DNA of 60,860 nt, filler included, from Nemertoderma westbladi (lineage: Eukaryota > Animalia > Xenacoelomorpha), in NCBI GenBank assembly GCA_032718475.1. It is 3 parts of 3 records of this genome, joined end to end, with 100 filler letters (N's around TTAATTAATTAA, not from the genome) between each part and the next. Parts side by side here need not be neighbours in the genome. Positions count along the whole stretch, not along the records: positions 1 to 26,988 come from JAUCBJ010001458.1; positions 27,089 to 50,081 come from JAUCBJ010004089.1; 1 more part is not named here. One strand, written 5' to 3'. Every line of letters starts with the position of its first letter. The first letter of the stretch is position 1. The position numbers and the translations under genes are program-made. Below the pieces are notes generated by a model, which saw nothing but the letters and a program-made list of their open reading frames with translations, did no database searches and was not told the origin of the DNA. Of this stretch, positions 24,301 to 35,800 are shown piece by piece.

Positions 24301-26988
24301 ACTTCGCGTCCCATCTTGAGTATTTCTTCAACCGTGTTTCTAGAACCCATCCCATCGTCCACATAGAATCCGCGTCGAATCATGTCGATCGCCTTCCCAC
24401 TGTATTCTCCCTCCTTACCCTCCACTGTGTCTCTCACAGCTGTAGTCGTTATGAACGAGGACGAGTTGGCCCCCATGTTCTGCACTACCATCTTGTACAT
24501 CGGTATTTCCAACGGTTCTTCATCGCCGTTATACCATAGGAAGCGCTGACTATCGCTGTCCTCCTCCGTCACTCAGACCTGGTTGAACATGACTTCTATA
24601 TCACACGTAAAGGCGTGCTTCCCGTTCCTGAATTTCAGCAGTAAATCCACGAGTAGTAAATGTTGGGGCCTTCCAGCAGATAGTCATTCAAGCTCTTGCC
24701 GTTAGTCTTGGCCGACGCGTCGACCACCATCCGTAGTTTGCCCTTCTTAGGGCCCAAAGCCCCATGCAGTGGCAAATAGTAGGTCCTGTCCGTGTTTGGT
24801 TCATCGACCGGTAACTCCCCGGCCCACCCTCTGTCCACATACTTCTTGATCGTCTTGTGGATGTACTCATCCTTTTCGGGGCTCCGTTTGAGTGTTTGTT
24901 TCAACTTTCGAAGCCTCGTCAAGACCATCCTTTTGTTAACTGGTAGCGGTAACTTTGGTTGTTTCCATACCATCCCTATGGCATACCGCCCCCCTTCACA
25001 CTTCATCGAGTTCCTCACGCTCTCCAGCGCCTGCTTGTCCTCCACCGAGGTCCCGCCCAGGTCTCCTTCAACCCCTCGAAGTCCTGCCGCAGCAGCCTCT
25101 TGAGTTGCTCCTCTGCTCATTTGTCCTCCATTTCCTTCATTGTGCCAGCGAACATGCACCCTGAGGATTCCGACACGCTAAACAGAATTCTGGTCTTAAT
25201 TGGGCCGCTGAGCATCCATCCAAATGGCGTGAGAATCGCCATCGGGTCTCGCTCCCTATCCTCCAGTCCATAGTCTCGCGTGGGCTGTCGGGCAATCCAT
25301 GCCGACTATGAGAGATACCTTCGGGATGTCCAGTTCAGGTACGGAGAAGTCAGTATCATCCAGGAACCGGTATTGCTCGACCTCGATCTTTGTGGGCCGC
25401 CTAGCATTTATATTAATCGATTCTATTATTTGAATGGGATCGATGGTCGCCTCATAGTCGCACCCTGGTGTTATTGCTGATATTTCGCAACGCCCAGTCC
25501 TCATCCTTAAGACCTCGTCCTTACTCAAGATAGTGGTTACTGCCATTTTGCTCGGCCTCGTCCTTAACCGTATCTCTTCGGCCACCCAACTTTCCGCTAG
25601 CGTGAACGCTGCTCTGCTGTCAATCAACATTAACGTCATGACCGACCACTCGCCCTCTCCTATTATCCTCACCGGTACCACCCCAAGTAGTACCGTTCCC
25701 CTTTTCTTCACTCCCGTGGTGCTTGTCATCATCATCTGGCCTCCATTTCCATCAACTTTGTCATATTTTACTGGTGTTTCCTTGCACTCGGTGAATCTGT
25801 GTCCTCCTATCGTGAATCGATGACATAGTCCATTCGTACCAGTGTAGGCTACCCGATCTTGTTTAAGTAACGCTTGCCAATGCTTGCAGTCCATGGTCTT
25901 GTGGAATCTGTTTCTATGCAATTGACATTTGTAGTTGGGATTGTAGCATTCCTTATATAGCGCTTCACATGGCGCATAGATTCATATCTAGCAGTTCGGT
26001 GTTTTGGTTATTTGGACTCGCCTACTGGGGGTATTGGGATTGTATTTGTTTGTATTGTTATTATGTTTCTGTCCCTGCCACGGTGTGGCCCTACTCCTAG
26101 CTGCTTGTGGACTACAAGTCCCCTGCGTTGCCGCGTACGGTAGTGATTGTCTTATTTTTGGTAGTGCATTCGCCGCACTGTGTTCGGGTTTAGGCCTGTT
26201 GTATTCAGCTTTCGGCGCCTTTCCTAAACTGTCCTCGCTGTAGACTGGATCTGTAATCAATTCCGCTTCATAGTTAAGGAAGTTCGACATGCAGTCGTGA
26301 ATTCTCCTTCAATACCTTGGTATTGCCTCACGATATCGTATGCTGGCCCTCCAGTGTAGACTTGTAAGTATTTAAGGCACTCCACCTGCGTCAGGTTCTT
26401 CGTTAAAATTTCATTGCTGGACATACGCCGGAATTGCAGATATTCCTCCGGCTTACTACCATCGAATTTGAAGGGCTCCACTGGTGGCAGCTCGATCCTA
26501 GTCTTCAATGCGTCGATGAGTGTTGCCATTCCCATCGCTTGTATTTCTAGCGCGCTCGATGGTAGAGATACAGAATCCCTTGCTGTTGGGTGTGATTGAC
26601 CCTTCGGGCCCGTCGACTTTCCTTGCATTGGATATATCATTGGGGGTAACGGTCCCCTCCATATCTCCGTGTCGCACAACAACTTATTTGGGTCTGAGGG
26701 GTTTAGGGTTTTTGTTCTTGGATGCATGTATTGCTGATATTGTAATGGGGGAATGTCAACCTGCCCCCCCCCCCCCCCCCCACCGGTGTTATGTTTGGTA
26801 CTGGGGTTGATGTTATCATGTTGGGGCCCATAAACCTATCGGCAATACCTCCCCCCTCCCCTGGGTATATATTATATCCCTGCATGTTATAGTCATACTG
26901 GTGTGCAAATACCGGTATAGGCCTATCGACTTCTTGCCTACCAACCGGTATGTACGCCGCGACCTCCGGGTTTAATCCCGTAATTCGC
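21356..26988 (-). mobile_element. BEL/Pao LTR retrotransposon, decayed gag-pol (22134-26988), PPT 22094-22107, candidate 3' LTR 21356-22093; 5' part lost at linker
   Basis: Gag FDGSKPEEYLQF..CLKYLQVYTGGPA; protease-region LIDSRAAFTL; RT LRMVVDASAK, CDIEVMFNQV, FYVDD; RNase H FSDASLEAYGA, PKLELTAA, WTDS; integrase SDNGTNFVGA, INSRPL; C-terminal YWTRWIQEYLPTL. GAGGGGGGTGGGAA|TG follows pol. LTR boundaries uncertain. Confidence 0.92.
21568..21928. repeat. 82-bp tandem repeat (~4.5 copies) within candidate BEL 3' LTR/UTR
   Basis: CACATGGCGCCC-type motif recurs at 21649, 21731, 21813, 21895. Confidence 0.92.
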
Positions 26989-27088
26989 NNNNNNNNNNNN
27001 NNNNNNNNNNNNNNNNNNNNNNNNNNNNNNNNTTAATTAATTAANNNNNNNNNNNNNNNNNNNNNNNNNNNNNNNNNNNNNNNNNNNN
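26989..27088. other. Artificial contig linker (N44-TTAATTAATTAA-N44)
   Basis: Stop codons in all six frames flanked by Ns. Identical linker at 50082-50181. Confidence 0.98.
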
Positions 27089-27232
27089 AAGTTTCTCTTA
27101 CTGACTGAAAAAACTGGGGTTTGTTGAAATGCATGTTTGTAAGTACAGCAACACATTGACATTAGTTGAGGAATTATGAGACTTAGGTGTATAACCTTAG
27201 TTTACTCGAAGTGATAACTCAACCCAACTCAC

Positions 27233-27422
27233 CTGCACTGGAAGTGAATAGAGCTGAGGAGAAGCAGAGAGCCGGTATTCTCCGGGTCTTGTCGCCACAA
27301 CTGCATACAGTGGCGTTCGGCGTTGTCATAGTCGCCTGCTTGGTACTCCTTGTGGGAGAGTTCGGCCAGGGAGGTAAGGTCTGTCATGATTGGAGACTGA
27401 CCGGGGTCACCAAGCCCGTCAA
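27233..27422 (-). CDS. OGT: O-GlcNAc transferase, N-terminal TPR exon (rest of gene not in this contig)
   Basis: [46 protein letters not shown] closely matches the animal OGT first TPR. Acceptor tctAG and donor AG|GTGAGT. First coding exon not securely located (candidates near 28550-28600). Confidence 0.93.
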
Positions 27423-28946
27423 CTAGACACACTTTACAGCACAACTAGGCAGTTGTGGTGGAACACTAGTAACAGATGCACAGGTGCAAGATATTAGAAA
27501 AAAACAGTAACAATATGTTATGTAGTAACTACTAAAGTTACTAACCTACCTTACTAAACTACATTACGTTAGCCTAACTCGAGTGAGTACGGTTGGATTG
27601 TATATTATGGATATATTTGGGTATTTGGTTTATTATTTTGGTTAGGGTTAGTTGGTCAGGTCAGACCTTAACCCTAATTAGAACTGTCATGTAACCCGGG
27701 GATATCACAATAGAGGCGCCACTATTCATGGCTCTCGTGGGTCTCCCACCCCTAATTTAACCGTACCGTAACCCTAAGGTTAAAGTTACAAGAGTTAGGG
27801 TTAAATTACTGCTTTAATTATGGTTTGCGCCTGACAGCCTGGGGCCTGACTAACAAATCCTAACCTAAATAATAAAACCAATATCCCAGTCAGTACCGGT
27901 ATCTAGGTACTAGTACAGTACTGCAGTAGTACTGTAGTACCTACCTAGAAAACACCACAATACAGCAATAACCAAGCAGGCCAAGTCATTAACTGATTAA
28001 GTAATTAAGTAACCAAGCCCAAGACAGCCGCCAAGTAAAATACTGAAATAACGATGTTATGTTTTCCACACAAAAATACAAAACAAGCCTTTAACGCTTT
28101 GAGTAGGCAGGTAGGCCGTACCGGTAGGTCTATATTTAATTTAACTAATGTTCAGATGTTTAACACACTACTGCACTACACTGCCAGACTGCAGCACTGA
28201 TGTAGTAAAACGAATATCTTTTAAATATCTTACTGTACATTACAGTATTGTGCATTAATATTAATTTGATATTGTTTAGGGTTATAGATATAGGAAATAA
28301 TAATAATAATAAAAAAATAAAATATAGATAATACATATACATAAGGAGCTGTTCGGCAGTAAAATACGGTCGCTTAAAACAACATGGTGCATGGTGATGG
28401 ATCAGCTGATTCTAGTTGAATCACTATCCTTGGTATTTAGGTAACACTGCCCCAGCGCAGTGCCAGAAACTATAGAAAGCAATGGCCTGCCTTACCACAC
28501 AGTAAAGTAAGCGCGTAGGAACAACACAACACAACACTACAACATTACTGGTGTACAGAGGCAGCCATTGCTGTGTTGTACAAATTCCCTTACACTCCAT
28601 AGTAACCGAACAAGCAGCCACTCCTTGCCAGCTAATTTAACCAATCAGCCCATAGCAACCAATTCTATGTAATCTACATGCTGTGACGCCATAACCTGGA
28701 CAGTGCAGTGGAGGGGAGGGGTAACAGAAGAATTATCATAAGCAAAGCACAACAACCCATTTCATGTTAATGGGAGTATTATTATTGATTGCCAGTGCAA
28801 TTATATCAATGTTTATGGATGTATAATTTAATATGAAACATTTCTTGGCCATTTCCGATTTGGCTTTAAACGTCACATCTTTCACGGCCCCATACCAATC
28901 AGACTTTAACGTTTGAGCTTGCCAAAATTCCCATTTAATAATATGG

Positions 28947-28959
28947 GTTGCTAGGCAAC
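28947..28959. promoter_or_regulatory. RFX X-box-like palindrome in the OGT/M6 intergenic region
   Basis: GTTGCTAGGCAAC, with CCAATCAG boxes nearby (~28641, ~28895). Confidence 0.35.
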
Positions 28960-29812
28960 CTCCATTAAAGTTTCCATTCATTTACTGTAAGAAGTTTAGC
29001 AGCCAAAATATTGACTGGGAACAGCAGTGTATGGCAATGCAGGTTACTTAACTTACTCATGAGATAAAGATCAAAAACCATTAGTGGATATTGTATCGCA
29101 TTTTCTTTCGAATTTTCCCAAAAGTTGATCCGCTTGCGAAATTTACGAGATCTATATTTTCTTACCGCAATTAGAACCAAATTATCGTAATAGTTAAATG
29201 TTACTAATATTAGTCCACTCGGTCTGGTGTTCTTCTGGTCTATTTATCGTACAGAAGTAACTGTGTTAGAACCGGTCTAGTTCTAGAACTACATTATGTG
29301 GGTCTGATTAGTATATAATGTAGGATATTATATTAGATGCTGGACTTGGTTTGTTACGCAATGCTACAAAAAATCTTAAAGATGAGTAAGAGATGGAAAA
29401 ATAACCCTGTATTAAAAAAAATGTGTTTAAATGTTGTGTATTTTTCACTTTTCTATTTTATGGGAACGCTACAGTGAAAATGACAATGTTTCTACCCAAA
29501 ACAATAAACGAATTTCACTTTGTGTCCACGTTTTCATTTAAGCCCATTTTCTCATCGTGACCAGAACCAGTACCAGACCAGACCAGACCACATCCCCTCA
29601 TTACTGTTCAAGGACTGCAAGTAGTTTAAAGAAAGTAATTTAGAGGTAGTTATTGCTTCGCAACTGATCGTATCCTGAAATACGTCTAAACATTTTGTGA
29701 ACTAACTTTATCTGTTTCGGTGGCTTTTAAATACTTATTTCACAAATCGTTACGATTTCTAAACTAGTAATTTAGTGTTTCAGACACCGACAACGGTGCT
29801 TCTCTTGTGAGG

Positions 29813-32800
29813 ATGACTTTCCTTGAGGAAGAAGGTGAGTTCATATATCGAAATTCGAACTTATAGCTAGTACATATCAAAGCTTCATTTGGTGAACATT
29901 AATGAATGCCAAATTGAACATGTGAGTGTCATATAATTTATAACCTTACGGAGTGTCATATTCAAATTAACGAGTTGAGTGTCCAGTGAGTGTTTGAGTG
30001 TCATCTCGCAAGGATGTCACAGGCCACCACACCCCCTTTAGTATCACATTTTATGTGCAGGTTGCGGAGCTGTACGAAATACCACATTAATACCATTTTA
30101 AGTCCAGACACCAATTCATCCATTCCCATATAGTCGACTGCCAGAGCTATTACACTGTTTATTGTTACTGGGATAATATACTGTTTTATTAGAGGAATTT
30201 CCGCCACGGACTTGTCGTATTGTTTACCAATTAATTATTGACTTGTTGTATACCAAGTAGAACAGCTCTATCCCTCTGCTGTGAATGTATATATAGCTTT
30301 CTGCCTTTCCAAACACTTTTAAGGTGTAATGGTTTCTGTTCTCACACAATTTGACAATTTTGTTTTCTGAGAATAAAAATGTTGCCAAAATTTTACTTAT
30401 TTCTTTCATTCATCGAAAATTTGAGTTCAACTTTTTTGGCAATGTAGTGTGTTTTATTAATTAAATAGAAACAATGTGTCCTTTAAGAGACTACTCAAAA
30501 AAAGTCATGGGCTGTCCACCATGCTTATTCTCTCCATAGAGCCGCTAAAGCACTACATTGTACACAGGCTGTTGTTGCCCATGGCGAAAACAATGCTCTG
30601 CAAAGCGGTTACAATTACGTTAAAGTCTCAAGCAAGTAGAGACTAATAAAACACATACAATGATGTATAGAGTCTGATTGGAGAAGTGTTTATTGTACTT
30701 GACACAATGAACCCGGTGTAGCATTAACCTATATGTGCCATCATAGATTTGGTATCCTCAGCAGTTAGAGCCCATCATATATTCCCATATAGGAGTACTG
30801 GTTCTACTGCTTCCCTAAATAATCAAACATTAAGATTCCATTTTATTCTATGGAACTCCCAAATCCTAGAGAGCCAATTCACAGCTGCCTTCCGCCCTGA
30901 CTTCCGGATCCAGTATCACAAGCGGCAGAAGTAAATTACTCTATGTTCAAGCACACTATCGTCAGAGCTTATACGATTAGACATTCCTAAGGACTATCGA
31001 AGTTAAATGTCAGAATTTTGGTCGCATATTATAAAACAGCCGCTTTTTCTAATGAGATGAGGAGCCGTTTCGCTCCCTCTAGGTATTCTGAGAGAACTCC
31101 TAAGTCACCCGCAAAGTCGATATCGGTAAGCAGGTTTACTGTGGCTGGATTTCCTCGACTTTGGGAGCCACTAGGGGGATAAGCATCACTTCAATATCAC
31201 CAACATAATCCAACACACTTATGAAGAAGAAGAATGGTGCAACTGTGTCATCCTGGAGGACTCACCATAAAGCTTCGAATGGATCTGTGTCACCGTCAGC
31301 AGTAGACACAAATGTTGTCGAACCATCGTATACTGATCTGATTGCTGCAATAATTTTATCAGGAATCCCATATAATGAAAGTATGCTGAACATACGTGAG
31401 CGAGAGACTGAATCAAAGGCCTTGAAGAAGTCAACAAAGATATGCCTGCCTTTCATTGTTGATAACTCTTCAATTATCCTACTAAGTGCCAAAATGGGCT
31501 CCATGGTCCCACGACCTTTACGGAACCCATTCTGATTTCCACGGAGCAGTCTCTCAATGGGATCCCTAATGCGATTTAATAGAATTCTATTGTATAGCTT
31601 TGCAACAATCGAGATCAATGAGATTCTCCGAAAAGAACCGTGTTAGGTTGCCCTTCTTGGGAACTGGCACCAACTTATTTGTTATCAATTCTTGTGGGAC
31701 TCTTTGTCGTTCTGTACATGTCTACTTTGAGTGGGTAAATGAGCTCCAAACACTCAGGTATTTTAAAGACGTCGGGGACACCTAATACGGTACTCTTTGT
31801 ATCAGCCTTGACAAAGAAAAGGATATGCCACCAATGAGTATATCTGGGAGTACAGACTCGGGACACTTTTTGTTCCACAAAAGGGACACTTTTTGTTCCA
31901 CAAAAGGGACACTTTTTGTTCCACAAAAGGGACACTTTTTGTTCCACAAAAGGGACACTTTTTGTTCCACAAAAGGGACACTTTTTGTTCCACAAAAGGG
32001 ACACTTTTTGTTCCACAAAAGGGACACTTTTTGTTCCACAAAATTGTCAGGAAATATCCTCCCATTGTTTAGGAGCTTCTCAAAGTGGGCCTTCCAAACA
32101 TTGAGGCATTCAGCCTTAACCGTTGTGATTGGTTGGCTTTTCCTCCCAATTAGGAAGTTGGTCGATTTGCATGATTGACTGATTGCCTGATGACATCTGC
32201 AGCATTGTCTGTGTGCCGTCATATTTTCTGGTATATATTTTGTGGTTAATGTTAATAAGAACTTGGTCGGTGTCTTAACTAACGGCCAAGCATCATGTGA
32301 AAAAGGGAATTATTATATCGACAACTTTAGGAATTATAATTCCCTCCTAACAAATTAGTTCATTCACAAAATGCTCGAAAGCCCCACAACGTTTAAATTA
32401 ATTGTTTGTTAGTATAATAAACTAGTATAGCGCAGCGCACGTACATAATGTATCTTTGGAACACTCGGAGCATTAGGAATAACCCCCAAGGTTAGGTTTA
32501 GCGATCACTGTGCAGTATGGCAGTGAATGTTATTGTTACTAGGTTTAGTGATCACTGTGCAGTATGGCAGTGAATGGTATTGTTACTAGGTTTAGTGATC
32601 ACTGTGCAGTATGGCAGTGCATGTTATTGTTTCTAGGTTTAGCGATCACTGTGCAGTATGGCAGTGCATGTTATTGTTTCTAGGTTTAGCGATCACTGTG
32701 CAGTGTGGCAGTGAATGGTATTGTTACTAGGTTTACTGATCACTGTGCAGTATGGCAGTGCATGTTATTGTTTCTAGGTTTAGCGATCACTGTGCAGTAT

Positions 32801-35800
32801 GGCAGTGCATGTTATTGTTTCTAGGTTTAGCGATCACTGTGCAGTATGGCAGTGCATGTTATTGTTTCTAGGTTTGGCGATCACTGTGCAGCATGGCAGT
32901 GCATGTTATTGTTTCTAGGTTTAGTAATCACTGTGCAGTATGGCAGTGCATGTTATTGTTTCTAGGTTTAGCAATCACTGTGCAGTATGGCAGTGCATGT
33001 TAATGTTTCTAGGTTTAGTGATCACTGTGCAGTATGGCAGTGAATGGTATTGTTTCTAGATTTAGTGATCACTGTGCAGTATGGCAGTGCATGTTATTGT
33101 TACTAGGTTCAGTCATCAGTGTGCAGTATGGCAGTGAATGTTATTGTTACTATGTTCAGAGATCACTGTGCAGTATGGCAGTTCATGTTATTGTTTATAG
33201 GTTTGGTGATCACAGTGCAGTATTGCAGTGCATGTTATTGTTTCTAGGTTTAGCGATCACTGTGCAGTATAGCATTGCATGTTATTGTTTCTAGGTTTAG
33301 CGATCACTGGGCAGTATGGCAGTGCATGTTATTGTTACTAGGTTCAGTGATCACTGTGCAGTATGGCAGTGCATGTTATTGTTACTAGGTTTAGTGATCA
33401 CTGTGCAGCATGGCAGTGCATGTTATTGTTACTAGGTTCAGTGATCACTGTGCAGTATGGCAGTGCATGTTATTGTTTCTAGGTTTAGCGATCACTGTGC
33501 AGTATGGCAGTGCATGTTATTGTTTCTAGGTTTAGCGATCACTGTGCAGTATGGCAGTGCATGTTATTGTTTCTAGGTTTAGCGATCACTGTGCAGTATG
33601 GCATTGCATGTTATTGTTTCTAGGTTTAGCGATCACTGTGCAGTATGGCAGTGCATGTTATTGTTTCTAGGTTTAGTGATCACTGTGCAGTATGGCAGTG
33701 GATGGTATTGTTTCTAGGTTTAGTGATCACTGTGCAGTATGGCAGTGCATGTTATTGTTTCTAGGTTTAGTGATCACCCAGTGCAGTATGGCAGTGCATG
33801 TTATTGTTTCTAGGTTTGGTGATCACAGTGCAGTATGGCAGTGCATGTTATTGTTATTAGGTTTAGTGATCACTGTGCAGTATGGCAGTGCATGTTATTG
33901 TTATTAGGTTTAGTGATCACTGTGCAGTATGGCAGTGCATGTTATTGTTTCTAGGTTTAGTGATCACTCAGTGCAGTATGGCAGTGCATGTTATTGTTTC
34001 TAGGTTTGGTGATCACAGTGCAGTATGGCAGTGCATGTTATTGTTTCTAGGTTTAGTGATCACTGTGCAGTATGGCAGCGCATGTTATTGTTTCTAGGTT
34101 TGGTGATCACAGTGCAGTATGGCAGTGCATGTTATTGTTACTAGGTTTAGTGATCACTGTGCAGTATGGCAGTGAATGGTATTGTTTCTAGGTTTAGTGA
34201 TCACTGTGCAGTATGGCAGTGCATGTTATTGTTTCTAGGTTTGGTGATCACAGTGCAGTATGGCAGTGCATGTTATTGTTTCTAGGTTTAGTGATCACTG
34301 TGCAGCATGGCAGTGCATGTTATTGTTTCTAGGTTTGGTGATCACAGTGCAGTATGGCAGTGCATGTTATTGTTTCTAGGTTTAGTGATCACTGTGCAGC
34401 ATGGCAGTGCATGTTATTGTTACTAGGTTTAGTGATCACTCAGTGCAGTATGGCAGTGCATGTTATTGTTTCTAGGTTTAGTGATCACTCAGTGCAGTAT
34501 GGCAGTGCATGTTATTGTTTCTAGGTTTGGTGATCACAGTGCAGTATGGCAGTGCATGTTATTGTTTCTAGGTTTAGTGATCACTGTGCAGCATGGCAGT
34601 GCATGTTATTGTTACTAGGTTTAGTGATCACTCAGTGCAGTATGGCAGTGCCCAGTGCATGTTATTGTTTCTAGGTTTGGTGATCACAGTGCAGTATGGC
34701 AGTGCTTGTTATTTTTTCTAGGTTTAGCGATCACTGTGCAGTATGGCAGTGCCCAGTGCATGTTATTGTTACTAGGCTTAGCAAATCACACACCTTTGGA
34801 ATTATTTTAGGCCCCTACATATTGTGTAATACATAGCCATGTAAGTATAATTCATTTAATCATTTCAATATTTTTTTATACAGAGACGGATAACTGCAAC
34901 CGCTGTTGTAAGAAGGTACCGGTATCCAGTCTGATCGCAACCCTGCTCACGGTAGTCGGTACCGCAGTATTCTGCGGAGGAACCATCATTCTTGTCGACG
35001 AAACTATAAAAGGATTCAGTGTAAAGTTCCCCAATGTCAACATAGAAACATTGAAGGATCAGTTAGTCGCTTTATTATAATACGTGTACGTACATACGCG
35101 CGTACAGTATATACTGTATTAATTAATTTCAATAATAATGTAATTATTTTAAAAATTAGCAGTTTGGTCTAGTGGTGAAATTCCCGGGCTTCCAAACAGG
35201 AGGCCCTGATTCGATCCCTAGATGGGACGGCACTGTTTGGGCACAGTGTTTTAATTACTGCAAACTAGCCCTGGTTTTCATCCTTGACAGGTCAATAAAT
35301 GGGAACCAAGGCAACTTGGGAAACAGAGTGGAAGGGATTACTGTGGAAGATCATCCATGGAGGTGACTTAACGAGCCTAAAAGATTAAATAAATATAATA
35401 AATTGTGCGTTTTGTACTTTGAACGGTACGAAAGAACATGCGATTTCCAATTACTTGTTTGCTGCATAACGGAAGTCTGCCAAATGTAGTTACAAATATA
35501 TTCAACCCATTTGTTTATTTATTTCCACGCAGGAAATACAATATAAAGTTATCTGTTTACTGCGTCGCCGGGGTGATGGGTGCCCAATGCTTCGTTCTCT
35601 TGCTGGTATCCTTCCTGTCTACATTAATGACCGGCAACCTATGCTGCAGCTTTGCATCTTCAATGTGCGGCAAAGTAACACTGGCAGTGGTACGTTTTTC
35701 CAAATATTTGTTTGTTTACAGTAAAGGCCGTTTACACGTGGCAACTTTTAGAGCAACTTTCTCGGCAACTAGCAACTTTTTTTGCCAAAGTTGCCACGTG

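Noticed and set aside
27033-27044. TTAATTAATTAA palindrome within Ns (also at 50126-50137)
   Set aside because: Assembly linker, not biological; it also voids any BEL-OGT adjacency.
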